From: an uncultured virus (IMG/VR IMGVR_UViG_3300042888_001691)
Taxonomy: Duplodnaviria > Heunggongvirae > Uroviricota > Caudoviricetes
Length of the DNA: 64,000 nucleotides
Strand: one strand, 5' to 3'
IMG/VR virus record: IMGVR_UViG_3300042888_001691
Shown here: in pieces, positions 37,641-47,802 of the stretch
Numbering within the stretch: the first letter of the stretch is position 1
Layout: every line of letters begins with the position of its first letter
Notes under the pieces: generated by a model
Databases searched by the model: none
What the model was told of the DNA's origin: nothing
What the model saw: the letters and a program-made list of their open reading frames with translations, nothing else
Made by a program: the position numbers and the translations under genes

Positions 37641-37987
37641 GTTGTGGTCTTTATTTCTCTAACAGGATCATTTAAAATTTTTGCTATTGTGTTTTTGAGT
37701 ACCGCTCTGGAATTGTTATAATCTCTTATTTCTAATGCTCGGCGGCCAACTTCTGCCAGATCTGTACCATCAATTCTACATTTTTTAAAATCATCTTCCA
37801 GTTCCCATATTTTGTTATGCAGCACCTTTAACGCTGTCAGTTCTGTTGTTATCAATTGGGTATCCAATAGATCAACCTGCGCTTGATAAAAATCAAGTTC
37901 GGCCTGATTGGCTCCTTGTGTTCTATTGTATTTTACTTGGGCAATGGTATATCTGTCAACCAATTCAATTACAGGAAAACTAAACAT
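37637..37987 (-). CDS. Hypothetical protein (DUF6165-like)
   Basis: ELVDRYTI..VK, IWELED, N..R..LKN.I, EIK pattern. Confidence 0.55.
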   Translation of the reverse strand: MFSFPVIELVDRYTIAQVKYNRTQGANQAELDFYQAQVDLLDTQLITTELTALKVLHNKIWELEDDFKKCRIDGTDLAEVGRRALEIRDYNNSRAVLKNTIAKILNDPVREIKTTT

Positions 37988-39201
37988 TAATTTTCTACCC
38001 TTACTTCAGGAAAATATCTTAAAAACACATAGGTACGGTTGCCCTGGGTTGACAATATTTTCTTTTTGATCTCATCAAAGAAATTCCAGGCCAGCGGAAC
38101 AAACAAAATTTTCTGATTGCTTACCAGATCGTCAAGTTGGCTTGACCCTATAATGGGAATATGTCTGCCTGGACTATACTTGCCTTGTTTAATTGGGTTA
38201 TCATCAATTATGTAATCAAGGTCAGTGTCAGCATAGTTCAACAATGTGTTGCCTTTTGCTGCTGCACCGTAGCCCACAATGCTGTATCCTTGTTCGCGAA
38301 ACATTATAATTCTGGATGCAAACTCGCTGCCAATCTTGTGGGTGCGCGATCTCCAGCGATTGTACGAGTCCGCTTGCAACAAGTCAGATTCCATTGCAAT
38401 AAGATTTTGAATATGATTGGGGCGGCCACGAGCTGCGCTGATCACAAACACATAACTGGTTCCGTGTATGGGCGTTTTTATTGCGTCAACCAAGTGCATG
38501 CCTGTACGCTTACACAATTCATTCATGCTGTTGATGTTATAGAAACTCACATGTTCATGATAGATAGTGTCAAACTCTCCGTTGCGAATCATGTCAGCCT
38601 GACTGGTCTGCACAAAAAACAAACTGTTGTCCTTCATCAACGGTTTAATTAAACCAAGATAGGTCACTGGATCAGGATTATGCGCAAAGCTGTTCTGTGC
38701 TACCAATATATCAAACTTGTTTGTGTCTAGTCGGTTGATGCTGGTCTGATCAAAGAATCCACAAACTACCTTGTGCCCTTTGGCCACGCTGGTACCATGT
38801 AAATTTTCTGCAGGGTCTATTCCATAGGTCAGATATCCATGCTGTTTATATGCATCCAGTTGACTGCCGTCGTTGCAGCCAATGTCCAGTACTGATCCAA
38901 TCCAGTGTCCCGAATACTCCCTACTCCATTTGGCAAACCAATTCATATAATCCAGATATGTTTGGCTAGTTCCGCTCACATAGGCATAATCGCGATATAT
39001 AATGTCAGGATCCACAATATGTGTGAGTTGTAAATGATTGCAGTAGGCGCAACGATTTACCGCTAGCGGATAGTACTGATCCAGTGGCACTGGTTCCGTG
39101 GTGTAAGTATTGGCCAAGGGTTGGTTGCCAAGATCCAACGTTAGTTCTAGATTAAGGCCACCACACGACACACAATGATCAAGTTTGGTTAAAGTTTGCA
39201 T
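37987..39201 (-). CDS. NDP-sugar C-methyltransferase (TylC3/TcaB9-like)
   Basis: CVSC...LGNQPLAN...CAYC Zn site, DIGCNDG, FDTIYHEH, HGTS, GYGAAAKGNTLL. Confidence 0.88.
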   Translation of the reverse strand: MQTLTKLDHCVSCGGLNLELTLDLGNQPLANTYTTEPVPLDQYYPLAVNRCAYCNHLQLTHIVDPDIIYRDYAYVSGTSQTYLDYMNWFAKWSREYSGHWIGSVLDIGCNDGSQLDAYKQHGYLTYGIDPAENLHGTSVAKGHKVVCGFFDQTSINRLDTNKFDILVAQNSFAHNPDPVTYLGLIKPLMKDNSLFFVQTSQADMIRNGEFDTIYHEHVSFYNINSMNELCKRTGMHLVDAIKTPIHGTSYVFVISAARGRPNHIQNLIAMESDLLQADSYNRWRSRTHKIGSEFASRIIMFREQGYSIVGYGAAAKGNTLLNYADTDLDYIIDDNPIKQGKYSPGRHIPIIGSSQLDDLVSNQKILFVPLAWNFFDEIKKKILSTQGNRTYVFLRYFPEVRVEN

Positions 39202-39203
39202 GA

Positions 39204-39914
39204 TTAGTTTTTGATAGGTACACCATTTGGAGCAATACTTCCTTCAACTCCTAGCACAGGAATTTCTGTGACCAAGTGTGTGGGCAAGAATTTGTACAGC
39301 ACATGTTCAATATCAGCATATCCGCCTTGACTCACACGTTGGCCTATATAACTTAGACTATCATTGTAGACCTGTATCACACGTTCAGTTTGATCAGCAG
39401 GCCACGACCACAGTCTGGCCATGTATTGCAATTCAATTCCGGTTACTTCAAAAGGAAATTGACTGGCATTTTTTGGTCCAATGATGATACGATCCGCATT
39501 GTGTTCATATACATCTAGATCAAACTCATCATTGAGTAAATAACGTCCGGACATTTTATGAACACGGTCATAACCCGCAAAGTCTCCATCGTCTTGGCAC
39601 ATACGCAATGTACGGCCAAAACACATGATCTCTGTGGAGTTTTTGACTACATCCCAGTTGGTACTTTGATAAATGGCCTGCACATCTGGATCCGGACCAA
39701 AGTCCATTAGTAAATCACAATTTTCTTCAATCAATGCACTCTGTGCATCAGTTAACGGAGTACCAGCACACTCCATGACAATAATTTTGCAACCTGGTAC
39801 TCGTTGTCTAATATTTTGCAAGGTTGTTAGTGTTTGCTGCATACGGGCAGCTGGTGTATACACCCCAAACTTGCTATTAACTGCTGAAGTGACTACAAAA
39901 CAATGTCGAATCAT
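39204..39914 (-). CDS. Hypothetical glycan-pathway protein
   Basis: Likely start MIRHCFVVTS; contains KMSGRY; embedded in the glycan operon. Confidence 0.65.
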   Translation of the reverse strand: MIRHCFVVTSAVNSKFGVYTPAARMQQTLTTLQNIRQRVPGCKIIVMECAGTPLTDAQSALIEENCDLLMDFGPDPDVQAIYQSTNWDVVKNSTEIMCFGRTLRMCQDDGDFAGYDRVHKMSGRYLLNDEFDLDVYEHNADRIIIGPKNASQFPFEVTGIELQYMARLWSWPADQTERVIQVYNDSLSYIGQRVSQGGYADIEHVLYKFLPTHLVTEIPVLGVEGSIAPNGVPIKN

Positions 39915-40945
39915 TTGCGTAACCATCTTTCGTTTGCCAATGTCCAGTCAACCATACCTTTGATACGTTCACTGAGTTTGATCTTTGGCTCCCAACCTAG
40001 GCTGGCAAGTAATCCACCATCTAGTGCATAGCGCATGTCGTGTCCGGGGCGACTGGTATGGAAGTCAGTCATTTCATATTTTAGTTCTTTACCAACAGCA
40101 GCAGCAATCATTTGTGCCAGTGTAAGATTATCAATCTCTTCTGTACCAACAAGATTAAATTTAGGACAATGTGCATGACCATAATCACCGGTGTGTTGAT
40201 AATCCTGGAGATTGAGAATAAACATCAAGCCTTCAGCAACATCTTGAGCATGAATATACATACGACTGCCTGCAACAGTACGTGAAGGATCTGCATGTAT
40301 AACCACTGGTTCACCATCTCGAACCTTTTGTATGGTGGCTGGAATAAACTTCTCAGGGTGCTGGCGCTCGCCAAACACATTCATGGTATGTGTAACAACA
40401 ATGGGTATCTTGTAAGTGTTCTCGTATGCTACGCAAAACTCTTCAGCTGCAGCCTTGCTGGCTGAATACGGATTGGTACTGTTATATCTGTCGTACTCTT
40501 TATATGCCACTCCTGGGGGTGCAATGCCGTAAATTTCATCAGTGCTAAAATACACAAAGCGTTCAAGATTGGGCAAATGTTTACGTGCATAGTCCAGCAT
40601 GTTCACTGTTCCAACCACATTATCTTGTACAAATTCCATGGGATAAGTGATACTGCGGTCCACGTGGCTTCCGGCTGCAAGATGCAGGATAATATCCACT
40701 GGACCAATGTCTGCCACGATTTGGCTATTCAATTCCGCTTTGAGGTCATGAAAGATGATCCGCATACGACGTGCCACTTGTTGCGGATCATGCTGTTGTA
40801 GCATATCGTGTAACCTGTTTAGGTTGCCAGAGATATCAAGCCGATCCAAACAGACAATGTTCCAATCTGTTTCGTGTAGTACTTTATCTATTACGTGATG
40901 CGCAATGAAGCCGGCGCCGCCGGTTATTAAGACTGTTTTTGACAT
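39911..40945 (-). CDS. NDP-glucose 4,6-dehydratase (RmlB/RfbB-like)
   Basis: TGGAGFI, SHVDRSI, STDEIYG, NPYSASK, HPEKFIP, RPGHD.RY. Confidence 0.9.
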   Translation of the reverse strand: MSKTVLITGGAGFIAHHVIDKVLHETDWNIVCLDRLDISGNLNRLHDMLQQHDPQQVARRMRIIFHDLKAELNSQIVADIGPVDIILHLAAGSHVDRSITYPMEFVQDNVVGTVNMLDYARKHLPNLERFVYFSTDEIYGIAPPGVAYKEYDRYNSTNPYSASKAAAEEFCVAYENTYKIPIVVTHTMNVFGERQHPEKFIPATIQKVRDGEPVVIHADPSRTVAGSRMYIHAQDVAEGLMFILNLQDYQHTGDYGHAHCPKFNLVGTEEIDNLTLAQMIAAAVGKELKYEMTDFHTSRPGHDMRYALDGGLLASLGWEPKIKLSERIKGMVDWTLANERWLRK

Positions 40946-40975
40946 GTTTCCTCAGGAATTATTGAATAAACGTAT

Positions 40976-41125
40976 TTATTCTGACGCTTTAGGAGCAATA
41001 TATTGTTTAATATGACTCATAGCCTTACGAGCAGTATCAAACACATATTCGATGGTTTCTTCTTCAAGTTGAACTACTACAACAAATCCATTTGCCACTT
41101 TTCGAATTTCAATTGATTCAAACAT
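40976..41125 (-). CDS. 49-aa hypothetical protein
   Basis: AGGAGG RBS; MFESIEIRKVANGFVVVVQLEEETIEYVFDTARKAMSHIKQYIAPKASE; below the ORF-track cutoff. Confidence 0.7.
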   Translation of the reverse strand: MFESIEIRKVANGFVVVVQLEEETIEYVFDTARKAMSHIKQYIAPKASE

Positions 41126-41151
41126 AGAACCTCCTGTTGGTTGATTTGCTA

Positions 41152-42012
41152 TTATAGCATAGGTGGAAGATAATGTCTAGCTGAATGAGTATTATTTGCC
41201 GGTTCAATCAGATGTTGCCCAAACTCTGCCAGGTTGTCAAGCAAAGTAACGGGCAAGTAGTCATCAATTGCCACAAGTGCAAATTGATAATCATTGTTGG
41301 TACGAATGATGCCGGTGCCTTTACGGATACTGTCTTCAATATCCAGCTGGTCAAGTATTTCGGGTTTGTTTGTTTCGCTATGGGCAAAACTTTGTATTTT
41401 GCTTCGAGCAAAATCTTCTGTGCCCAAATAGGTAAAGTGCCAACCAGCATGCTCAATGATTTCTATGTTGCCATCACTGTGATTCAATGCAAAACTGTGT
41501 AGCACATGTCGCATGCGACGAAAGTCCTCGGCGCTGGACAACACCTGTTTACGCACTGCGCCGGACCATACTGTGTATAGGTCTTGAGTGACCATCATGT
41601 AGTTGAACTTGAAGTTGAACAAAGGCATTCTAAATCCCCAAACCGAGCCCGGCGCAGTGCGTAATCGTTGCACAGTGCCTGGCCGCGGAATTTCATCCAC
41701 ATCGCCAATCATGATGATGTCCAACGGATCTGCAGCAGCAATGCCTTGAGCAATGCTGTCGCGTTGGTAGCGTTCTCTACCCCATGCATCAGTATCTTGG
41801 GGCATGTCTTGGACTGCTACATGTATTATTTTATCTGCCCATTTTTTAAATCTCTCAGCATTGTCCTGATAATAGAACGGTTTTTGTTGATTTTGGAATG
41901 TCCTGTTGGCTTCTACTAGAACAAAATGATCCACGTGGTCGTACAATTCACGTAGTCGTAATTCAAGTAGATCAAATTCGTTGTAAAAGGTAAAGCAATC
42001 GTATATTTTCAT
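41152..42012 (-). CDS. GT17-like glycosyltransferase (beta-1,4-GlcNAc transferase family)
   Basis: Start revised to 42012. IYDCFTFYNE.DLLELRL.EL, RERYQR, GDVDEIP, AGWHF, KIQSFAHSE. Confidence 0.88.
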   Translation of the reverse strand: MKIYDCFTFYNEFDLLELRLRELYDHVDHFVLVEANRTFQNQQKPFYYQDNAERFKKWADKIIHVAVQDMPQDTDAWGRERYQRDSIAQGIAAADPLDIIMIGDVDEIPRPGTVQRLRTAPGSVWGFRMPLFNFKFNYMMVTQDLYTVWSGAVRKQVLSSAEDFRRMRHVLHSFALNHSDGNIEIIEHAGWHFTYLGTEDFARSKIQSFAHSETNKPEILDQLDIEDSIRKGTGIIRTNNDYQFALVAIDDYLPVTLLDNLAEFGQHLIEPANNTHSARHYLPPML

Positions 42013-42054
42013 ATGTGTACTTACTGTATTTTGTATGTTAGAATTAAAAAACTG

Positions 42055-42083
42055 TTGATCTTTGTGCAGATTAAATATATAAT
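42055..42083 (+). promoter_or_regulatory. Promoter for the plus-strand arm of the glycan island
   Basis: TTGATC-N17-TATAAT with an overlapping TAAATA at 42072-42077. Confidence 0.6.
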
Positions 42084-42109
42084 ACACTTATCTACTTTGG
42101 AAATCAACG

Positions 42110-42769
42110 ATGAATTTTGCTATTGTAACAGCACACAATGAACAATTTCAACCACTTGCAGACATAACATGGAACCAAAATAAAAAACTATACTGCGAAA
42201 AATGGGGATATGATGCTCTTGCCATGACTGAAGGGTTTCAGCATCCAGTACAGTATATTAGTTTTGAACGTTCAAATTACATTGCGGATCTACTAGAGTC
42301 TGGCAAATATGATTGGATCCACGCAGTAGGTTGCGACACCATGATTACTAACTTTGATATTCGGTTAGAAGATTTGGTAGATGACGATTATGATTTTGTA
42401 ATTGCTGTTGATTGCTACAATATCAACAATGACAGCTTTTTGGCACGGGCCACTCCCAACACCATTGCATGGTTGCGCAACACTGTGAGTCTACGTGAGG
42501 CATATTCAGGTGCAAAATGGTTAGACCAGTCGGCCATGATTGACACCATTGACATGATGGGTGATCGTATCAAAATTGTCCCACAGCGTGTCATGAACTC
42601 GTATGATTACGATCAGTATCCTGGCCTAGTTCCGCATATCTATAAAAAGGATTTACTTGGAAATGATGGTCAATGGCAGCCAGGTGATTTCTTGATTCAC
42701 TGGCCAGCTGTGGCGTTGGATAAAAGAATTGTGTTGGCCCAAAACATGTTGGAGCAAGTGATCAAATGA
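42110..42769 (+). CDS. GT34-like (GMA12/MNN10) glycosyltransferase
   Basis: NKKLYC..WGY, GCDTMITN, DQSAM, VPQRVMNSY, WQPGDFLIHWP. Confidence 0.8.
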   Translation: MNFAIVTAHNEQFQPLADITWNQNKKLYCEKWGYDALAMTEGFQHPVQYISFERSNYIADLLESGKYDWIHAVGCDTMITNFDIRLEDLVDDDYDFVIAVDCYNINNDSFLARATPNTIAWLRNTVSLREAYSGAKWLDQSAMIDTIDMMGDRIKIVPQRVMNSYDYDQYPGLVPHIYKKDLLGNDGQWQPGDFLIHWPAVALDKRIVLAQNMLEQVIK

Positions 42770-43494
42770 GATTGTCAACTGTCAATTACTCTGAAGTAAA
42801 GTGCAAAATTTGCAATCACGACACTTCCATATGGGGGTGTGTGGATTTTAATAAAAACTGCGAAGAACGCAACGGCATGTACTTGCCGTATACCGGTGTA
42901 GCCATTTACTACTTAAAATGCAATCACTGCGAATACTTGTTCAGCCCAGATTTTGATGCTTGGAGCAAAGACGACTTTAAAGATCTTATTTACAACGATG
43001 ACTATATTGTGGTTGATCCTGAATATGACGGCAAAAGAAGCGTCAATGACGCCCAATATTTTCTCAATCGCTTGCAAATAAGCAAGGATCTTAGTATACT
43101 AGACTATGGCGCTGGTCCAGCTGTGTTGAGTCAGGAACTGGCCAAACACGGATACACAGTTGATAGTTGGGATCCAATGTGGGGTACTGATCCAAACTGG
43201 CCAGCTGATAAGAAATTTGATTTGATCATGGCATGGGAAGTACTCGAACATACTCCTACTCCCATAGAAACATTAGCGGAAATGCACAGTTGGTTAGCAC
43301 CAGGTGGTTCAATACTGTTAGCAACTTGCAGTACTGGTATCATGCAAGGACGACGTGATCCTGCATTTTGGTATTTGAGTCCAAGAAACGGACATGTCTG
43401 TATGTACTCTGACCGGAGTCTAGATGTGTTGTTTTCAAAATTTGGTATGAAGGTGCAACACGATCCATGGAACATTCACTTAGCCACTTATTAA
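42766..43494 (+). CDS. Class I SAM-dependent methyltransferase with Zn ribbon
   Basis: CKIC...CNHC, LDYGAGP, EVLEH, RNGHV. Confidence 0.85.
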   Translation: MRLSTVNYSEVKCKICNHDTSIWGCVDFNKNCEERNGMYLPYTGVAIYYLKCNHCEYLFSPDFDAWSKDDFKDLIYNDDYIVVDPEYDGKRSVNDAQYFLNRLQISKDLSILDYGAGPAVLSQELAKHGYTVDSWDPMWGTDPNWPADKKFDLIMAWEVLEHTPTPIETLAEMHSWLAPGGSILLATCSTGIMQGRRDPAFWYLSPRNGHVCMYSDRSLDVLFSKFGMKVQHDPWNIHLATY

Positions 43495-43495
43495 T

Positions 43496-44815
43496 ATGAA
43501 AGAAATTCTAGATTTAGTCAAGCAACACATCGAACAAAAACAAGCAAACAAGACCTGGACTGCAGGCAAAGACTTTGTTAACTATGCTGGTGCCTATTAC
43601 GATTCTGACGAATACGTGGCTGGTGTTGCAAGCTTGCTTGACGGTTGGCTTGCCATGGGCAATCAAGGGTTAAACTTTGAACGCGAATTCCCCAAACAGT
43701 TTGGCAAGACTCGAGGCATTGTTACCAACTCTGGCAGTTCAAGTAACCTGCTGATGATGAGTGCGCTGACCAGCAAACGTGGTTACAACTTGCCCAAAGG
43801 CACCAAGGTGTTAATGCCTATTGCAGGCTTTCCCACCACACTCAATCCCACACTACAAGTTGGCTTTGTTCCTGTTTTTGTAGACATCGAACTTGATACA
43901 CTTAATCTTGATGTGGATCAATGTGAACTAATACTTGCCAATAATCCTGACATACGAGTTATCACATTTGCACATGTGTTGGGCAATCCTCCCAACATGG
44001 ATCGTGTCATGGCTTTGGTTAAAAAATATGAACTGATACTGTTAGAAGATTGTTGTGATGCATTAGGCAGCACTTACGACAGTAAACCGTTAGGTAGCTT
44101 TGGCCTAATGGCCAGCTGTAGTTTTTATCCTGCACATCATATGACCATGGGAGAAGGTGGCTATGTGGCCACCAACGATGCCAACACTGATGTTATTTTG
44201 CGTAGCTTCCGCGAATGGGGGCGTGGTTGTTACTGTGTAGGACCAGAAGCTAACAAATTAAAGTGCGGTACCTGTGGACAGCGTTTTCAAGAATGGATCC
44301 CGGAATTACCAGGGGAAATTTTTGATCACAAGTACGTGTACGACGAAATTGGCTATAATCTAAAACCAATTGAATTACAGTGTGCCATGGGCATGCAGCA
44401 ACTTAAAAAATTACCAGAAATACACAGTCTTCGACGACGCAACTATCAATTGCTGTTTGATATCTACGAAAAGCACGAGCAGTTCTTTCATTTGCCCAGA
44501 GCACAAGCAAAGTCAGATCCCAGCTGGTTTGCTTTTCCGTTGACTGTACGCAAAGATGCGCCGTTTAAACGTAGCGATTTGGTTGAGTATTTGGAAGAAA
44601 ACTTAATTCAGACCAGGCCTTACTTTGCTGGTAACATCATGTTACAACCAGCATACAGCCATTTGATGGATCCTGCTATAGCAAGAGATAATTTTCCAAA
44701 TGCCACACATGCCATGACTCACACTTACTTTCATGGTACCAGTCCTGTTATTACACCAGAGCAAATTGCCTACATTGGTGAAAAAGTTGATGGTTTTATG
44801 AGTTTATTTGTTTAA
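43496..44815 (+). CDS. rfbH: NDP-4-keto-6-deoxyglucose 3-dehydrase (E1, RfbH/DdhC)
   Basis: NSGSSSNL, FPTT.NP, EDCCDALGS, SFYPAHHMTMGEGG (His at the PLP-Lys position), WGRGCYC...GTC, DHKYVY..IGYNLK. Confidence 0.92.
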   Translation: MKEILDLVKQHIEQKQANKTWTAGKDFVNYAGAYYDSDEYVAGVASLLDGWLAMGNQGLNFEREFPKQFGKTRGIVTNSGSSSNLLMMSALTSKRGYNLPKGTKVLMPIAGFPTTLNPTLQVGFVPVFVDIELDTLNLDVDQCELILANNPDIRVITFAHVLGNPPNMDRVMALVKKYELILLEDCCDALGSTYDSKPLGSFGLMASCSFYPAHHMTMGEGGYVATNDANTDVILRSFREWGRGCYCVGPEANKLKCGTCGQRFQEWIPELPGEIFDHKYVYDEIGYNLKPIELQCAMGMQQLKKLPEIHSLRRRNYQLLFDIYEKHEQFFHLPRAQAKSDPSWFAFPLTVRKDAPFKRSDLVEYLEENLIQTRPYFAGNIMLQPAYSHLMDPAIARDNFPNATHAMTHTYFHGTSPVITPEQIAYIGEKVDGFMSLFV

Positions 44816-44823
44816 GGAAAATT

Positions 44824-45369
44824 ATGAAAAAAGCATTAATTATTACCAACACCGGTTTTCAAGATCATGAGTTAGTCTACCCGTATTATAGATTGCTTGC
44901 TGCCAATTTTTCTGTTGATGTGGTTGCTGACAAACAAGATGGCCAAGGGCGTGTTTATGGTATTCTTGGTTTAAACATGCCTTGCACTATATTAATTAAA
45001 GATTTTGTTGAAAATTTACAGCACTACATGACTGAGTATGATTTACTAGTTATACCCGGCGGAGTTAAGGCCATGGAAAAACTAAGACAAGTAAAATCAG
45101 TATTGGACTTTGTTTATGAGTGGAATAGCAAAGGAAAAATAATTGCCAGCACATGTAGTGGAGCCCAATTATTAATTTCGTCAAAGGTTGTTTTGGGACG
45201 CAACATTAGTGCATATTATGGTATGAAGGACGATGTCATTAATGCAGGTGCAACTTTTGTTGACCAGCCGTCGGTGATTGACCGCAATATTGTTTCCAGC
45301 CCACATTACGATCACATGGGCAAATGGATGGAAGACACTTTAGATTTATATAAAAAGAAGTATGGTTGA
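44824..45369 (+). CDS. DJ-1/PfpI family protein
   Basis: GFQDHEL.YPYYRL, VIPGG, TCSGAQLL. Confidence 0.88.
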   Translation: MKKALIITNTGFQDHELVYPYYRLLAANFSVDVVADKQDGQGRVYGILGLNMPCTILIKDFVENLQHYMTEYDLLVIPGGVKAMEKLRQVKSVLDFVYEWNSKGKIIASTCSGAQLLISSKVVLGRNISAYYGMKDDVINAGATFVDQPSVIDRNIVSSPHYDHMGKWMEDTLDLYKKKYG

Positions 45370-46036
45370 TCATACCACTGTCATAGTTCGAAAACCATGG
45401 GGTTATGAATATCTAGCATATCAAAATGCAGATGTAGCATTATGGATGCTGCATATACTGCCCGGTGAGAAAACCAGCATGCATTGTCATCCCAGCAAGT
45501 CCACGGGATTGGTGGTATTAGACGGAACAGCAGAAATTAATTTTATCGCTGATAGTAAAATATTAACTGCACCAGCTAAACAAATGATACGTAGAGGTTT
45601 ATTTCACCAGACTCATGCTATCAGTGACCACGGTGTTATGATGTTTGAAATTGAAACTCCGGTAGACAAAGATGATCTAATTAGATTACACGACAAATAT
45701 GGCCGCGCCAATGTTGGCTACGAAGGGTCACAATTTGAGTTACCCAAGAACGAAGATTGTCTATGGATCAATGATCCAGTGTCTAGTGCTCAATTTGAAA
45801 TTGGTGGCTGCAGCCTGAGTGTCCATCGTATATCTGATACTTCAATTTTTAATACTAGTAATCCAGAAAATATAATTATTTTTCTACAAGGCGGTGTTAT
45901 TAAAACTATCAACGGCCGAACCCATCGAGCAATTATGCCTGGAGATGTTGGGCAAGTTAAAGTGGTTCAACAAGTAGTTGCTGAAATGGACGGAGTTGAA
46001 GATAACACTATTATTATTATGATTATTCAAAAATGA
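45362..46036 (+). CDS. Cupin-domain protein (sugar isomerase-like)
   Basis: KPWGYEY, TSMHCHP.K, FH, EIETP..K.DL.R..D.YGR. Confidence 0.8.
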   Translation: MVDHTTVIVRKPWGYEYLAYQNADVALWMLHILPGEKTSMHCHPSKSTGLVVLDGTAEINFIADSKILTAPAKQMIRRGLFHQTHAISDHGVMMFEIETPVDKDDLIRLHDKYGRANVGYEGSQFELPKNEDCLWINDPVSSAQFEIGGCSLSVHRISDTSIFNTSNPENIIIFLQGGVIKTINGRTHRAIMPGDVGQVKVVQQVVAEMDGVEDNTIIIMIIQK

Positions 46037-47802
46037 AAATTAAAGTCAGCGATTATATTATAAAGTTATTGCAGGAAAAAGGCATTGATACTGTGTTTTG
46101 TATCACTGGTGGTGCTGCTGCACATTTAATGGAAAGCGTCAGGGCATCTGGAATCACTGTGATACATAATTACAACGAACAGGCTTGCGCAATGGCTGCA
46201 GATGGTTATGCTAGAATTGCTAAAAAACCTGCACTGGTACTAGTTACCAACGGTCCTGGATCAAGTAATGCCATAACTGGAGTGCTAGGTGCCTGGCAAG
46301 ACAGTATCCCCATGATAGTAATAAGCGGACAAGTACCGCGACACCAAACCTTGTCGGCCGAGCCGGTTGCAGAACTTAGACAATTGGGCTTGCAGGAAGC
46401 AGGTATTGTACGCATGGTACAACATTGTACCAATTACGCTGTGCAATTGTATCATGCTGATTCTGTCAGACAAGAAGTTGAGCGAGCCTGGCACTTGGCC
46501 ACTACCGGACGTATGGGACCAACTTGGTTGGATATTCCAATTGATCTACAAGCCGAAACCGTTGAGACAGAACATCAACACGACTTTGTACCTTATACAG
46601 CAAGTAATAAAAATTTAGTCAGCCAGCCAATACTTGATGCAATTGCCAATGCGCAACGTCCGTTGATTATAGCCGGTAACGGTATTCATCTTGCCAATGC
46701 TGAAATAGAATTTAAAACATTGGTTGATCAGTTGCAAATTCCTGTGGTATGCACCTGGAATGCCAAGGATCTATTTGAATACTCAGATCCGTTGTATGTA
46801 GGAAATTTTGGCTTGCTGGGTGAGCGGGCAGGAAACTTTGCTGTGCAACAGGCAGATTTGTTATTGATCCTGGGCAGTAGACTCAGTATTCCCGTGACAG
46901 GTTACAACAGCAAAGATTTTGCACCCAACAGTGTAAAGATAATGGTGGACCATGACTCAAACGAAATACACAAACACACGTTAGATATTGACCACCCGGT
47001 GGTGGGCGATGTCAAACAGTTTATATCAGACCTGTCAGACAAATACAATAATCCTATTAGACCAGCCTGGCACGAATTAGTTCTGTCTTGGAAGCAACGT
47101 CTGAGCGTGTTTGATGAGAATCATGTGCGTGACGTAGATCACGTGAACAGTTTTGATTTTATTCAACACCTGGGCACCTGCCTGCAACACAACGACGTGG
47201 TAGTCACCGACATGGGTACTAGTTTTACTTGTACCATGCAAGCACTAAGACATACAGGCCGTGATAGGCTGTTTACCAGCAGTGCATTGTGTTCAATGGG
47301 ATTTGGTTTACCAGGCGCAATTGGTGCTTGTTTGGCTGATCCGGATCAGCGTGTAATATGCATTGCTGGTGATGGTGGCTTTCAAATGAACATACAAGAG
47401 TTACAGACTGTTGTGCATAACAAATTGCCAATCAAGATCATTGTGTTAAACAACAACGGATTATTGGCCATTAGCTTGATGCAAGATAACTTGTTCCATG
47501 GTAAAAGATTTGGTGCAGATCCTGGCTCGGGTGTCAGCAGTCCAGACTTTGTTCGTGTGGCAGCGGCGTATGGAATTCCTGCGTATCGTCTGTCCACGAT
47601 GCAAAATGTACAAGATGGTTTGGAGAACTTATTAAAAAAAGACGGGCCTGTGCTGATTGAAGTAAACATGGTACGTGATCAACTGTTGATTCCACGAGTA
47701 CAAAGTCGTCGAGACGCTGATGGTAAAATTGTCAGCGGCAGTTTAGATGCTATGTTTCCGTTTCTTGAAGATGCTACTCTAGTAGAACTAGGTATTAAAT
47801 GA
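46033..47802 (+). CDS. ThDP-dependent enzyme (acetolactate-synthase-like; YerE-like by context)
   Basis: NEQACAMAADGYAR, TNGPG, SMGFGLPGAIG, GDGGFQMNIQEL...NN. Confidence 0.9.
   Translation: MKIKVSDYIIKLLQEKGIDTVFCITGGAAAHLMESVRASGITVIHNYNEQACAMAADGYARIAKKPALVLVTNGPGSSNAITGVLGAWQDSIPMIVISGQVPRHQTLSAEPVAELRQLGLQEAGIVRMVQHCTNYAVQLYHADSVRQEVERAWHLATTGRMGPTWLDIPIDLQAETVETEHQHDFVPYTASNKNLVSQPILDAIANAQRPLIIAGNGIHLANAEIEFKTLVDQLQIPVVCTWNAKDLFEYSDPLYVGNFGLLGERAGNFAVQQADLLLILGSRLSIPVTGYNSKDFAPNSVKIMVDHDSNEIHKHTLDIDHPVVGDVKQFISDLSDKYNNPIRPAWHELVLSWKQRLSVFDENHVRDVDHVNSFDFIQHLGTCLQHNDVVVTDMGTSFTCTMQALRHTGRDRLFTSSALCSMGFGLPGAIGACLADPDQRVICIAGDGGFQMNIQELQTVVHNKLPIKIIVLNNNGLLAISLMQDNLFHGKRFGADPGSGVSSPDFVRVAAAYGIPAYRLSTMQNVQDGLENLLKKDGPVLIEVNMVRDQLLIPRVQSRRDADGKIVSGSLDAMFPFLEDATLVELGIK

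Noticed and set aside
46033..47802. Branched-chain amino-acid auxiliary gene (ilvB)
   Set aside because: No regulatory subunit or other ilv genes are present, and it is embedded among NDP-sugar genes; gene symbol withheld.
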